A DNA stretch of 64,000 nt, taken from contig CAVPLM010000003.1 of the NCBI GenBank assembly GCA_963706025.1, positions 192,001 through 256,000 of the forward strand. The letters run 5' to 3'. Shown in pieces: positions 54,025-64,000 of the stretch. The position numbers and the translations under genes are program-made. Position 1 is the first letter of the stretch; the number at the start of each line of letters is the position of its first letter. The notes beneath the pieces are model-generated. The model was not told the DNA's origin and searched no databases. It saw only the letters and a list, made by a program, of their open reading frames with translations. The DNA is from an uncultured Actinomycetes bacterium. GTDB lineage: Bacteria > Actinomycetota > Thermoleophilia > RBG-16-64-13.

Positions 54025-54235
54025 GATGCCCCTCCCATTCTGTGAACCGGTAGTCGGCGGGATTACCTGCAATCTCGAGACCTGCGTCGAGGGCCGCGTC
54101 CGCCTCGGCCTCCGCGGCGGCACTACTGCTGCTACGACGTACGAGACCGGCTTCCGAGGTTCCGGCGACTCGTTGAGCCGCGATCGTCTCGGGAAGCCTG
54201 GGACGCAAAGTGGAGGCCTTGTCGAGATAGATCAT
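54014..54235 (-). CDS. Small hypothetical protein with cysteine-desulfurase-like N terminus
   Basis: MIYLDKASTLRP..; GGAG RBS; overlaps the moxR start. Confidence 0.4.
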   Translation of the reverse strand: MIYLDKASTLRPRLPETIAAQRVAGTSEAGLVRRSSSSAAAEAEADAALDAGLEIAGNPADYRFTEWEGHHAR

Positions 54236-54310
54236 GAATCGCTCCGCGCGGTGGTATCCCGTTGCATTTTACCCTGCTCACGGGCGTATGACACCCTGGG
54301 GGTGACTCGC

Positions 54311-54850
54311 CTACTCCGGACTGGCCGTAGCAGCGTCCACAAGGGCCCTGAGGTCGCCGTCGACCCGCCAGGCTTTGTCACCGCGGGCGATGAATCCCCG
54401 ATCCAAGTCGGCCACAAAAGTCAAGATCTCGCGGGTGGGTAGCACGAAGGTGATGGTGGCAGGGGCCGGCGAGCCGGCGCCGCCTGTGCCCCCGGCGCCC
54501 GTCATCGTCGCGGCGGTCTCGGCGTCCACTTCCTCCGCGTCGCGGATGGCCTCAGAAAGCACTTGTGCAGCCGCAAGTCCCGTGCTGATCCCATAGCTGG
54601 TGAGTTCGCCGTCCTCGTTCGGGATGAGGATGCTGACGAACGAGGCTTCTTCGACCACATCGAGATCGATGTCGGCGGGGAGTTCGACGAAGTCGTACGG
54701 CGAAGTAACGCCGGTGGTAGAGGTGGCGGCGATGGCCGCGGCGCGCCGGGCTTCGTCGCGCTCCCGATCGAGCAAGATCGCCACGACTGTGATCGCGACG
54801 ATGAGGCCTATGACCAGTACCGCGATGATTATGATCCACTTACGCGACAC
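54311..54850 (-). CDS. Hypothetical membrane-anchored protein
   Basis: N-terminal TM helix; AGGAG RBS. Confidence 0.7.
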   Translation of the reverse strand: MSRKWIIIIAVLVIGLIVAITVVAILLDRERDEARRAAAIAATSTTGVTSPYDFVELPADIDLDVVEEASFVSILIPNEDGELTSYGISTGLAAAQVLSEAIRDAEEVDAETAATMTGAGGTGGAGSPAPATITFVLPTREILTFVADLDRGFIARGDKAWRVDGDLRALVDAATASPE

Positions 54851-54858
54851 GAGGCTCC

Positions 54859-54887
54859 TTGAAGTTTGCCCTGCATACCACTAGACT
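54859..54887 (+). promoter_or_regulatory. Promoter of the ileS leader
   Basis: TTGAAG-17bp-TAGACT. Confidence 0.7.
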
Positions 54888-54899
54888 ACGCCAGCGCAA

Positions 54900-55614
54900 A
54901 GGCGATGACGGGAACGAGTAGACGCCGCTCTTCTCGCGAGCGAGCCGGGGACGGTGTGAGCCCGGTGGGAATCGGCGTGCGAATATCATCCCCGAGCCGC
55001 CAGCCGAACGGTCGAGCCGACCGGCCCCGCTAGGTTACCTTAGCGGGGGAGATGGCGCCAGACGGAGCGCCCGCAGGGCCGCAGCGCGGCTGTGCCCTCT
55101 GGGCCGCGGTGTCCGCGCCAGCCGCACGTTACCGGTTGCAGCAGGCTCGCGCTCAGTAGACCTGGCCGGGTCCTTCCCGTCACAGAAGGGGGGCGTGAAA
55201 GCCGCCGGCGGGTGCTGCGATGGTCGCGGAGCCGCGCCGGGTGGGCGACCCGTACCGGACCGGGCGCGAAGCACGACATTCCGCGCGCGGGCCGCGGTGG
55301 GTCGGCCCTCACAGGCGTAGCGTCCGCTGAGTGGGGCCGCGCCGGGCGATGCTGCACCCAGGGGCAGCGACCGGCAGCAGCGCAGGTAGCGCCTTAGGGC
55401 GGGGCGGCGTGCGGCCAAGTAGGGTGGTACCGCGGGTAACGTCCCGTCCCTACGCGCTCTGGTTCCGCGACGAAGAGTCGGCGGGCGGATGAGGGGCCAT
55501 CGTCGGAGATCCTCCGGCGGTCGCCGTCAGATCTCCCGGCAGTCGCGGAGACCGATAGGCGCCCCGGCGAGGATCGCCGGCAGGCGCAGCGCGGGGCGGG
55601 GCGTATTTGTTTGT
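54900..55614 (+). ncRNA. T-box riboswitch (Ile specifier), greatly expanded
   Basis: Stem I with AGTA, AG bulge and GGTGTGA loop; specifier ATC at 54985; T-box AAGTAGGGTGGTACCGCG at 55417; antiterminator closes at 55453; 55439-55450 can pair with 55593-55604, followed by atttgtttgt. Confidence 0.9.
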
Positions 55615-55770
55615 GGAGCGCACTCCACGTTGAGGGCTCCGCGGCAGGAGCGGCGATGGCCGCGACGGCGGCGGGCGCGGGTTACCGAAGGCGGGGCGCC
55701 GCCGCAGGCGCCCGCGGCGCGCAGATGACGCGCCCGCGGGGCCCTAGGACGGCAGCGACTGGGAGGGTTC

Positions 55771-58700
55771 ATGGCAGGCCAGTATCGACCGGTGGACACA
55801 GGACAAAGCTTCCCCGCCCTGGAGGAGCGGATCCTGGCCTGGTGGAAAGAACGCCGCATTTTTGAGAAGAGCCTCGAGCTGCGCGCCGGCAATCCCGAAT
55901 GGGTGTTCTACGAAGGTCCCCCCACGGCCAACGGCAAACCCGGGGTCCATCACGTGCTCGCGCGGGTGTTCAAGGACATCTATCCGCGCTACAAGACTAT
56001 GCGCGGCTACTTCGTCGGCCGCAAGGGTGGTTGGGACTGCCACGGCCTGCCCGTGGAACTGGAGATCGAGAAACAGCTCGGCTTCGATCACAAGGAGCAG
56101 ATCGAGGCCTACGGCGTGGCCGAGTTCAACCGGCTGTGCAAGGAGTCGGTGACCAGCTACGTGGACGAGTGGAACCGCTTGACCGAGCGGATAGGCATGT
56201 GGCTCGATCTGGACGACCCGTACATGACCATGACCAACGAGTACATCGAGTCGGTGTGGTGGATCCTGTCGGAATTCGGCAGACAGGGACTTCTGTACGA
56301 GGGGTACAAGGTAGTGCCGTATTGCCCGCGCTGTGGGACGGCGCTATCGTCGCACGAAGTGGCGTCCGGGTATCAGATGGTCACCGACCCGTCGGTCTAC
56401 GTGCGCTTCCCGTTGTACCCGGCGGGGGGTGGGCCGTCGACCGGCGGCGCGAACGGCGCCCCGGCCTTAGACGATAGCCCGGCCGGTGAGGACGAACCCC
56501 TGGTCCCCGACGGTCTGCCTATCAGCCTCCTGGTCTGGACCACCACGCCCTGGACCCTCATCTCCAACGTGGCGGCGGCTGTGGGCGCCGACATCGAGTA
56601 CGCCCGGGCTCGGCTGGGCGACGAATACCTCATCTTGGCGGCCGATCTGGTGGGCGCCGTCCTGGGGCCCGACGCGGTCATCGAGGAGACCTTTCTGGGC
56701 TCGGCCCTGGTAGGCCGCCACTACCGGGCTTCGTATGACTTCGTCACTCCCGAAAAGCCGGCCTGGCGCGTCATCGCCGGCGATTTCGTGGCTACAGACG
56801 AAGGAACCGGCATCGTCCACATCGCCCCTGCGTTCGGGGCCGACGATATGGCGGTGGGTCAGGCAAACGACCTGCCCGTGATCAAGCCGGTAGACGAGGA
56901 GGCCCGTTTCACCGCCGAGATCACCCCCTGGGCGGGCGTGTTCGTCAAAGACGCCGACGCCGGTATCATGGACGACCTCGATTTCCGCGGCCTGCTCTTT
57001 GCCCGCCAGCCCTACGAGCACAACTATCCTCACTGCTGGCGCTGCGACACGCCCCTCATCTACTACGCCATGACCTCCTGGTACGTGCGCACCACCGCCC
57101 GCAAGGAGGCGGTGTTGGCCGCCAACGAGGAGATCACCTGGTATCCAGACCACCTCAAGCACGGCCGCTTCGGCAAATGGCTGGAGAACAACGTCGACTG
57201 GTCGCTTTCCCGGGACCGCTATTGGGGGACGCCTCTGCCCGTATGGCGGTGCGCCAACGGGCACGACACGGTGGTCGGCTTCCGGACCGAACTGAGCGAT
57301 TTGGCCGGCCGCGACCTCTCCGATCTGGAGCTCCACCGGCCCTACGTGGACGAGGTCACTTTCGCCTGCCCCGAGTGCGGGGCCGAAGCCCGCCGGATCG
57401 AAGCCGTCATCGACGCCTGGTTCGACTCGGGCTCCATGCCGGTGGCGCAGTGGCACTATCCCTTCGCCAATCACGAGTTGTTCACCAAGCGCTTCCCGGC
57501 CGACTTCATCTGCGAGGCCATCGACCAGACCCGGGGCTGGTTCTACAGTCTCCTCGCCATCAGCGCCCTTCTCAGCGGCCACACCTGCTACCGCAACGTA
57601 CTCTGCCTCGGCCATATCATGGATAACCAAGGCCGCAAGATGTCCAAGCGCCTGGGCAACGTGGTCGACCCCTGGACCATCCTCGACAAGCAGGGTGCGG
57701 ACGCCCTGCGCTGGTACCTGTTCACGGTCAGTTCCCCTTGGTTCGCCCGCCGTTTCGGGCCGGAGAACGTGGACGAGGTGGTCCGCAAGTTCATCCTCAC
57801 TCTCTGGAACACGTACTCTTTCTACACGCTGTACGCGAACATCGATGGCTTCGATCCGGCCGAGCACCACGTGCCCGCGGCCGAGCGTGGCCTCATGGAC
57901 CGCTGGATATTGGGCAATCTCCACCTCCTCGTCCGCAAGGTGACCGCCGAGCTCGACAGCTACGATGCCTTCGCGGCCGGCCGTGCCATCGCCGAGTTCG
58001 TGGACGAGCTCTCCAACTGGTACGTGCGCCGGAGCCGGCGGCGCTTCTGGAAGAGCGAAGCCGACCAAGACAAGATCGCCGCCTACCTCACTCTTAACGA
58101 ATGCCTGACGACCCTCGCCGAGCTACTCGCGCCTTTTACGCCGTTTCTCGCCGAGGAGCTCTATCAGAATCTGGTGGTCGACCGTTCCCCGCAGGCGCCG
58201 GAGTCGGTGCACTTAGTTGACTGGCCGGTCGCCGACGAAGCCCTGATCGACGAGGACCTGTCCTTCCGTATGGCGGTAGCGCGACAGGTGGTCAACCTTG
58301 GTCGCGCCGCCCGCAACGCCGCCCAGATCAAGACCCGGCAGCCCATCGAGGTGGCCGTGGTTGCCTGCCGCGAGAAGGAACGCGCAGCGCTGGAGAGTCT
58401 GGCTGCCGTGGTGGCCGATGAGCTCAACGTGAAGGCCATTGAATACGTGGAATCGGCGAGCGAACTGGTCAGCTACGTGGTCAAGCCCAACTATCGCACC
58501 CTGGGCCCGAAGTTCGGCAAGAACATGCCGGCCGTCGCGGCGGCCGTGGCTGCTCTTCCGCCGGATGAGACCGGCGACCGGGTGGCGGGTGGTCGCTCAG
58601 TGATGGTGAGGGTGGAGGGCCGAGAGCACGAGTTCGGCCCCGAGGACTTCGTGGTCGAGGCCAACGAGCGAGAGGGTTTCCAAGTGGAACGGGAGGGCGG

Positions 58701-59031
58701 TGTCGCCGTGGCCATCTCCACTCGGCTCTCGCCCGATCTCTTGCGCGAAGGCCTGGCCCGGGAACTGGTGCACCATATTCAGAACACCCGCAAGGCCGCC
58801 GACTTCCAGATCGACGACCGTATCCATCTCGGCGTCTACGGTCCCCCAGAGATCGCCGACATGCTGGCCGTGCACTCCGACTGGGTCAAGAAGGAGACCC
58901 TGGCGGTGAGCCTGGAGGTGGGTGATAGGGCGGCGACCGGCGAGGCCGACGCCGCCTCTGACGCCGGCTTCCACCGCGAAGAGCTGAAGGTCAACGGCCT
59001 GGCCGTGACGGTCGAGGTGGCGAAGGCTTGA
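55771..59031 (+). CDS. ileS: Isoleucine--tRNA ligase, type 2
   Basis: EGPPTANG.PGVHH, GWDCHGLP, WTTTPWTL, DQTRGWFY, KMSKRLGN; no C-terminal Zn finger. Confidence 0.98.
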   Translation: MAGQYRPVDTGQSFPALEERILAWWKERRIFEKSLELRAGNPEWVFYEGPPTANGKPGVHHVLARVFKDIYPRYKTMRGYFVGRKGGWDCHGLPVELEIEKQLGFDHKEQIEAYGVAEFNRLCKESVTSYVDEWNRLTERIGMWLDLDDPYMTMTNEYIESVWWILSEFGRQGLLYEGYKVVPYCPRCGTALSSHEVASGYQMVTDPSVYVRFPLYPAGGGPSTGGANGAPALDDSPAGEDEPLVPDGLPISLLVWTTTPWTLISNVAAAVGADIEYARARLGDEYLILAADLVGAVLGPDAVIEETFLGSALVGRHYRASYDFVTPEKPAWRVIAGDFVATDEGTGIVHIAPAFGADDMAVGQANDLPVIKPVDEEARFTAEITPWAGVFVKDADAGIMDDLDFRGLLFARQPYEHNYPHCWRCDTPLIYYAMTSWYVRTTARKEAVLAANEEITWYPDHLKHGRFGKWLENNVDWSLSRDRYWGTPLPVWRCANGHDTVVGFRTELSDLAGRDLSDLELHRPYVDEVTFACPECGAEARRIEAVIDAWFDSGSMPVAQWHYPFANHELFTKRFPADFICEAIDQTRGWFYSLLAISALLSGHTCYRNVLCLGHIMDNQGRKMSKRLGNVVDPWTILDKQGADALRWYLFTVSSPWFARRFGPENVDEVVRKFILTLWNTYSFYTLYANIDGFDPAEHHVPAAERGLMDRWILGNLHLLVRKVTAELDSYDAFAAGRAIAEFVDELSNWYVRRSRRRFWKSEADQDKIAAYLTLNECLTTLAELLAPFTPFLAEELYQNLVVDRSPQAPESVHLVDWPVADEALIDEDLSFRMAVARQVVNLGRAARNAAQIKTRQPIEVAVVACREKERAALESLAAVVADELNVKAIEYVESASELVSYVVKPNYRTLGPKFGKNMPAVAAAVAALPPDETGDRVAGGRSVMVRVEGREHEFGPEDFVVEANEREGFQVEREGGVAVAISTRLSPDLLREGLARELVHHIQNTRKAADFQIDDRIHLGVYGPPEIADMLAVHSDWVKKETLAVSLEVGDRAATGEADAASDAGFHREELKVNGLAVTVEVAKA

Positions 59032-59136
59032 CAGCCCTCGCCGAAGGGTGTCCGCCGGGTAGAGCGCAGCCGGCTGCAGTGGCGAGAAAGAACAGCGCAA
59101 GGAACAGCACAAGAACGATACCGGCGACCCTTCTGT

Positions 59137-59745
59137 TCACCTCGCCCCCTGCAGCACCTGTCGCCCTGCCTCCAACCTGGCGCGGTTCTCCTCGGACACC
59201 GCCGCCAGCCCCTGGTCGATCACGGCGAGCGCCTCGTCGTCTCGGCCCTGGCGCCACAGCAATTCGGCCAGATTGAGGTAGGGCGGCGCCAGGGCGGGAT
59301 CGTCGGCGATGGCCCTGCGATAGGCAGCCTCGGCGCCCATCTCGTCGCCCAGATCGCGTAGCGTGTTGCCTAGACGGTTGCGGAGCACCGCGTCCTCTTC
59401 GGCCGCAAGGAGCCGCTTGTAGATGGTGGCGGCATCATCCAGGCGGCCGAGGTTGTAGTAGGCGAGGGCCAACTTGCGTTGGATGTTGACGTCGTCAGGG
59501 TCGCCTTCCGCGATCTCCTGCAGCCTGGGCAGCAACGCTGCCCACTCCTCTTCCGAAGGCTGCAACCGCCCGGGAGCCGGCGCGACGGTAGGTCCGGAGC
59601 CCATCTCCTCCTCGGTGAGCTGATCGGTGGTGCCGGTGACGGCGGACACAAGCGGGCCCCGCAGCACTCCTTCGACGTCGGCGGGGTCGTCCGCCAGGCG
59701 ACCGATGAGCAGTGCAATGGCCGTTACCAGAATGGCCGCGACCAC
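59137..59745 (-). CDS. Membrane-anchored TPR protein (start uncertain)
   Basis: LALAYYNLGRLDDA..Y, LGNTLRDLG..AEAAYRRAI. Confidence 0.8.
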   Translation of the reverse strand: MVAAILVTAIALLIGRLADDPADVEGVLRGPLVSAVTGTTDQLTEEEMGSGPTVAPAPGRLQPSEEEWAALLPRLQEIAEGDPDDVNIQRKLALAYYNLGRLDDAATIYKRLLAAEEDAVLRNRLGNTLRDLGDEMGAEAAYRRAIADDPALAPPYLNLAELLWRQGRDDEALAVIDQGLAAVSEENRARLEAGRQVLQGAR

Positions 59746-59846
59746 GATGACCGGGATCGTTCGGCCCGAACGGCGCCGCGGCCGGGAAGCGTTATCCCTC
59801 GTGGATCTCGCGTCCCGCCGGTCCGCGCGAGCCCTCTCCCGCGTGG

Positions 59847-60482
59847 CTACGTCGTCGTGGTCGCCTCGGTCAGCTTCTGTTTGAAGGTCTCCAGCCGTTC
59901 TTTGTCTTCTCCTGTGGTGGCCGCTAGACCGCGATCCAGCACTGCCAGAGCCTCGGACATTTCCCCCTTGGCGGCGAGGACCGAGGCCAGATTCAGATAT
60001 GCGGTGACGAGGGTCGGGTCGGAGGAGATCGCCTTCTCGTATTCCGCTTTGGCCTCATCCACTTTGTTCCAGTCGCGCAGGACGTTGCCGTAATTGTTGT
60101 GAGTGAAGGCATCGTCCTTGAGTTGGAGCATCTTCTGGTAGGTAGCGGCTGCCTCTTCGTACCTACCTGTGTTGTATTGGGCGATGGCCAGCTCCTGAAG
60201 CGCGGTGAGGTCGTCGGGCGTGGCTTTCACGGCCTTTTCCAGATCGGACAGGGCTGCCTCGTACTCCTCCGCCGTCTTCCCGCCCACCACCAGTCGTTGA
60301 GGCTCTTCGGAACCGACGGAGACACTGGTGGCGCTACCTGCCAGGGTCGTGTTGGAGCTTTCTGCCGCCGTGGTCGTCGTCGTGTCGTCCGCGGACGAGC
60401 ACCCAGTTGCGAGCAAAGCCGTGGCGGCGAGCACCGCCAAGACCAGGATCGCGACTCTGCCCTTTCTCACTGCTTTGGTCAT
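59847..60482 (-). CDS. TPR lipoprotein
   Basis: Lipobox LATGC; TPR repeats similar to the neighbouring gene. Confidence 0.85.
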   Translation of the reverse strand: MTKAVRKGRVAILVLAVLAATALLATGCSSADDTTTTTAAESSNTTLAGSATSVSVGSEEPQRLVVGGKTAEEYEAALSDLEKAVKATPDDLTALQELAIAQYNTGRYEEAAATYQKMLQLKDDAFTHNNYGNVLRDWNKVDEAKAEYEKAISSDPTLVTAYLNLASVLAAKGEMSEALAVLDRGLAATTGEDKERLETFKQKLTEATTTT

Positions 60483-60504
60483 GTGTCTCTCTCCGTTCCG
60501 GGTT

Positions 60505-61392
60505 TCAACGCACAAGCACTTCAAGCCCATGCGGGTCGATCGTGACCGTGGCGGGTAGGCTGCCGGCCAGCTCACCATCGGTCTGGAACCACACCGTTTC
60601 CTCGCCTTCGAGAGGCGTCAGTTCTACCCGCGTCGCGCGCAACCAGATCACGTGGGGATTGCGCATATGCAGACCGCTGGGCACTCCCATCCAGAAGACG
60701 GCCAGACTCGACCGGGTAGTTCCGGTGAAAAGCATCAGGTCCAGTATGCCATCAGTGGGGTCCGCCGAAGGCGTGATACCGAAGCGGCCCGCGTAGTTGC
60801 GCGTGTTCCCGGCGACAAAGAAGGTAGTCCGATAGTCTTCCCCGTTTGCCCGCACCAGAAAGACCGGAGGGCGCGCGACGAAGCCGGCCTTCAGCCCGGT
60901 GCCCACGAAGGCCAGTTCCTTGAAGCGCCTCTTGGCGCGAAGATCGATGTTCCGAACCGTCAACGCGTCGATACCGGCGCCCATCATGAGCGTGAAACGG
61001 CGGTCGTTGACCCTTCCTAGGTCGAGGAAGACGGTATTGCCGCCTGCGATGATGTCGCAGGCTCCTTCTGTGTGGAACGGGATGCCCAGTTCAAGGGCAA
61101 GCACGTTCACCGTGCCGGCAGGCACGATCCCCAGCGTGGCCCTGCCGGCTGCGTCGCCGGCGCGGGCCAGGCCGTTTGCCACCTCGTTGATGGTGCCGTC
61201 TCCGCCGACGGCCACGATGATGTCGGCTTCGAGGGCGAACCGCTGGGCGATGATCTTGGCATCGTTGGGACCCTGTGTGGGATGGAGCTCCACCTGAAGC
61301 CCGCGTCCGGTCAAGACCCGCTCCACCTTCGAGGCGATGGCGTCGCCCCGTTCCTTCCCAGCCTGAGGATTGAAGATGACGATGGTCCTCAC
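60505..61392 (-). CDS. Diacylglycerol/lipid kinase family protein (YegS-like)
   Basis: IFNPQAG, GGDGTINEV, PAGTVN, QTDGE. Confidence 0.92.
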   Translation of the reverse strand: MRTIVIFNPQAGKERGDAIASKVERVLTGRGLQVELHPTQGPNDAKIIAQRFALEADIIVAVGGDGTINEVANGLARAGDAAGRATLGIVPAGTVNVLALELGIPFHTEGACDIIAGGNTVFLDLGRVNDRRFTLMMGAGIDALTVRNIDLRAKRRFKELAFVGTGLKAGFVARPPVFLVRANGEDYRTTFFVAGNTRNYAGRFGITPSADPTDGILDLMLFTGTTRSSLAVFWMGVPSGLHMRNPHVIWLRATRVELTPLEGEETVWFQTDGELAGSLPATVTIDPHGLEVLVR

Positions 61393-62259
61393 GAGCGCCG
61401 CTTGTCTAGGGGGGTGGGAGGGCGCCGGTCCGCGAAGGCGGCCGGCGCCCCGAAGGGGTTCGAACATACCTGCGCTCGCCGACCGTTCGGCTGACCCACG
61501 AGAGAGGCGAAGGCGGCATACCCGGCGGCTTGGGCGAGCGCGACCGCATGATCGAAGTCGCGGCCCACTTCTTGCGGCTCGTGCGCGTCGGAGCCGAAGG
61601 TGACGGCTACTCCCGCGTCGCACAACCGGCGGAGGATGTCGAGACTGGGATAGGCTTCACCCACCGGCCTGTGGAGGCCTGCCGTGTTGATCTCGACCAA
61701 GACGCCGGCCTTCGCCACCCGCTCCACCAGACGGTCGAGCTCGGTCCCCAGGGTCCGAGTGGGGCGATAGCCGAACTTCTTCACCAGGTCGAGGTGGCCC
61801 AAGATGGTGAAGAGGCCGCGATTCAGCGGCATCACCCACCACCTCGAAGTACTCGACCCACACGTCGTCGATCTCACGATCGGCGTACTCGTCCATCTGG
61901 CGGGGATCGTCGAACCCCCAGCCGCCCAGATGATGGACGGAGCCGATGACGTAGTCGAAAGGATGACTATCGAGGAGCGAACGGACCTCGAGGACCGTAT
62001 GCGGACGGTAGTCGGCCTCGACGCCGAGAAGCACGTAGTCGGGGAATCGGGCCTTGAGCGCCTGCACCTCGGTGACGTAATCGCCCAGCTCGCACGCGCT
62101 CATGGAGAGCTCGGGGTCGCGCTCCGGCAGCAGTGGGAGGTGATCGGCGATGCCGATGCCGATGAGACCCTTCGCGCGGGCCGCCTCTACATACTCGCCG
62201 GGATGCCCTGAGGCATGTCCGCAGCGGGCGGTGTGGGTGTGATAGTCGGGCAGGTGCAC
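61389..62259 (-). CDS. PHP-family histidinol-phosphatase (HisJ/HisK-like; frameshift near 61820)
   Basis: DYHTHT..CGHA, DYVIGSVH, GHLDLVKK, EINTAG, GSDAH. Confidence 0.88.
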
Positions 62260-62260
62260 G

Positions 62261-62806
62261 TCAGTCTCCTTTGAGGAGTTGGGAGTCCACACTAGGCCCA
62301 TGACCGTTCGTCACTCTCCGGGGCCCGGCGAGCGTCTCGCTGTCGAGCAGGATGGTGTAAGGGCCGTCGTTGACCAGCGACACGGTCATGTGTGCCCCGA
62401 ACCGGCCTGTGGCCGTCGACACTCCCAGTCGCTCCAGCGCAGAGCGGAACTCCTCCACCAAGGCCTCGGCCGGGCCGGGATCGGCGGCTTCGGTGAAAGA
62501 CGGCCGGCGGCCGCGGCGACAGTCCGCGTACAACGTGAACTGGCTGATCACCAGAGCCGCGCCCCCGGTATCGAGGAGGGAGAGATTCGACTTGCCCTCG
62601 GTGTCGGGGAAGATGCGCAGGTTGGCGACCTTGTCGGCCAGTGCCGCCGCTCTTGCACCGCCCATCGTGTCCTCTCCGCCATCACGCGTTCCCACGTCAC
62701 CCCTCCCCGCTCCCACGAAGATGAGCAGGCCCCCATCGATCTCGCCCACGACACTGCCTTCGACCCGTACCGAGGCATGGCTCACCCGCTGGACCACGGC
62801 CCTCAT
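62261..62806 (-). CDS. dtd: D-aminoacyl-tRNA deacylase
   Basis: [23 protein letters not shown]. Confidence 0.96.
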   Translation of the reverse strand: MRAVVQRVSHASVRVEGSVVGEIDGGLLIFVGAGRGDVGTRDGGEDTMGGARAAALADKVANLRIFPDTEGKSNLSLLDTGGAALVISQFTLYADCRRGRRPSFTEAADPGPAEALVEEFRSALERLGVSTATGRFGAHMTVSLVNDGPYTILLDSETLAGPRRVTNGHGPSVDSQLLKGD

Positions 62807-64000
62807 CAGACCGACAACTCCCTGCGCACCAAGGGCTCCTTGCGCACCAGGCTGGTCTCCCAGCGGCCATTGAGGAGCGGCCGCCTCATACGTACCCAGA
62901 CGAACTGATTCATGAGGGCCTCGTCACCTTCCACGAGCACTTCCTGGTAGTTGCCGGTCAGCCCTACGAGCCGGCCGTCTGCCGTCCGCTCCTTGAGGAC
63001 CAGAGCTCTTTGCTCGGTCCCGGCAAGCCTCCCGCGAAACAGCGCATTCTTACGCTCTCCTAACTCGCGCAGGCGCAAACTGCGCTCATGGATCGTCTCG
63101 GGACGGACCTTGGGCTCCATGAACGAAGCTCGGGTGCCCGGTCGGTCGCTGTAGCTGAAAACGTGCAGATAAGTGAGAGGCGAATGTTCGACGAACAGAA
63201 GGGTCTCCTCGAACTCCCTATCGGTCTCCCCCGGGAAGCCCACGATGACGTCGGCCCCGATCGCGGCGTCCGGGAAGCGGCGGACCAGCCTGGTGACCAC
63301 ATCCAGGTACTCGGCGGCGGTGTAAGGACGGCCCATGCGCCCGAGTACCGAATCGGACCCGCTCTGAAGAGGCAGGTGCAGGTGCCGAGCCACTCTGTTC
63401 CCCGCCTCTTCGATCACGTCCAGGAGGGCACCATCCAGCTCCATGGGCTCGATGGAGCTCAGGCGGTACCGGGACGCATCCCCATTCTCGACAAGGAGCG
63501 CCACCAGGTCGGCGAGAGAGCCGTCGCCGGTGTCGCTGCCCCAGCTGCCCAGATCGATGCCGGTCAGCACCACCTCCTGGTAGTCCCGTGCGGCCAACAG
63601 GCGCACCTGCTCCAGGACGCCGGCCTTGGGCATGCTGCGGGCCGGGCCTCGGGCCAAAGGGATGATGCAGTAGGCGCAGCGCGAATCGCAGCCGGTCTGG
63701 ATCTTGAGAAAGGCCCGGGTGTATCCGTAGAAATGGGTGAAGAACTCGCCTTCGAAGCCAGGGTGGTCGGAGTATGGCGACACGGAGACGCCGGCCGGGG
63801 CGACGGCGGTTTCGCTCACGGAAGCCGACGGCCCCGCGGCCGCGCGCCCGGTAGACCGCGAGGCCAGATGCTCGCCCAGGTGGTGCCCCAGGCGCAGCTT
63901 GTCGATGTTGCCCAACACCAGGTCGACCCCGGGGATCGCGGCCACCGCGTCCGGGTCCACCTGGGCGTAGCAGCCGGTGACCGCCACCACGCAACCTGGG
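62806..64000 (-). CDS. mtaB: tRNA methylthiotransferase MtaB (radical SAM; 5'-partial)
   Basis: [54 protein letters not shown]. Confidence 0.92.
   Translation of the reverse strand, partial: PGCVVAVTGCYAQVDPDAVAAIPGVDLVLGNIDKLRLGHHLGEHLASRSTGRAAAGPSASVSETAVAPAGVSVSPYSDHPGFEGEFFTHFYGYTRAFLKIQTGCDSRCAYCIIPLARGPARSMPKAGVLEQVRLLAARDYQEVVLTGIDLGSWGSDTGDGSLADLVALLVENGDASRYRLSSIEPMELDGALLDVIEEAGNRVARHLHLPLQSGSDSVLGRMGRPYTAAEYLDVVTRLVRRFPDAAIGADVIVGFPGETDREFEETLLFVEHSPLTYLHVFSYSDRPGTRASFMEPKVRPETIHERSLRLRELGERKNALFRGRLAGTEQRALVLKERTADGRLVGLTGNYQEVLVEGDEALMNQFVWVRMRRPLLNGRWETSLVRKEPLVRRELSV

Noticed and set aside
54195-54220. c-di-GMP-I riboswitch-like GGGACGCAAAG
   Set aside because: It lacks the upstream GGCAAAC..GAAA stem and is antisense to the local genes.

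Overview
High-GC (visually ~65%) actinobacterial chromosome segment, probably an anaerobic Thermoleophilia-like lineage (inferred from SLH proteins, a Thermoleophilia-type Zn-ribbon protein and a MesB-like methionine synthase). It carries housekeeping loci: CIRCE-groES-groEL, rsgA, ymdB-like phosphoesterase, an MtrAB-like two-component system with a GerMN lipoprotein, NrdR boxes-nrdR-class II RNR with a LAGLIDADG intein, nifS/nifU, MoxR-DUF58-transglutaminase, T-box-ileS, dtd and mtaB. The most striking structure is in 1.7-31.8 kb, where blocks of accessory genes are bounded by decaying partial copies of three host genes. These are (i) the last codons plus terminator of an NlpC/P60-golvesin gene, two extra copies each fused to the same 34-bp foreign arm; (ii) the promoter plus codons ~17-41 of ssb, two extra copies each fused to the same 14-bp arm; and (iii) the 3' half of tRNA-Ser(CGA), two copies. 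No integrase lies in the window. I read this as tandem arrays of integration scars at unusual protein-gene targets, with integrase-less cargo cassettes between them (inference). Also notable are an ~870-nt T-box leader with large GC-rich insertions, an IleRS2 with the non-canonical GVHH motif, and a doubly crippled RelE-type toxin-antitoxin pair. Many single-base frameshifts, concentrated at 40-49 kb, look like assembly indels.
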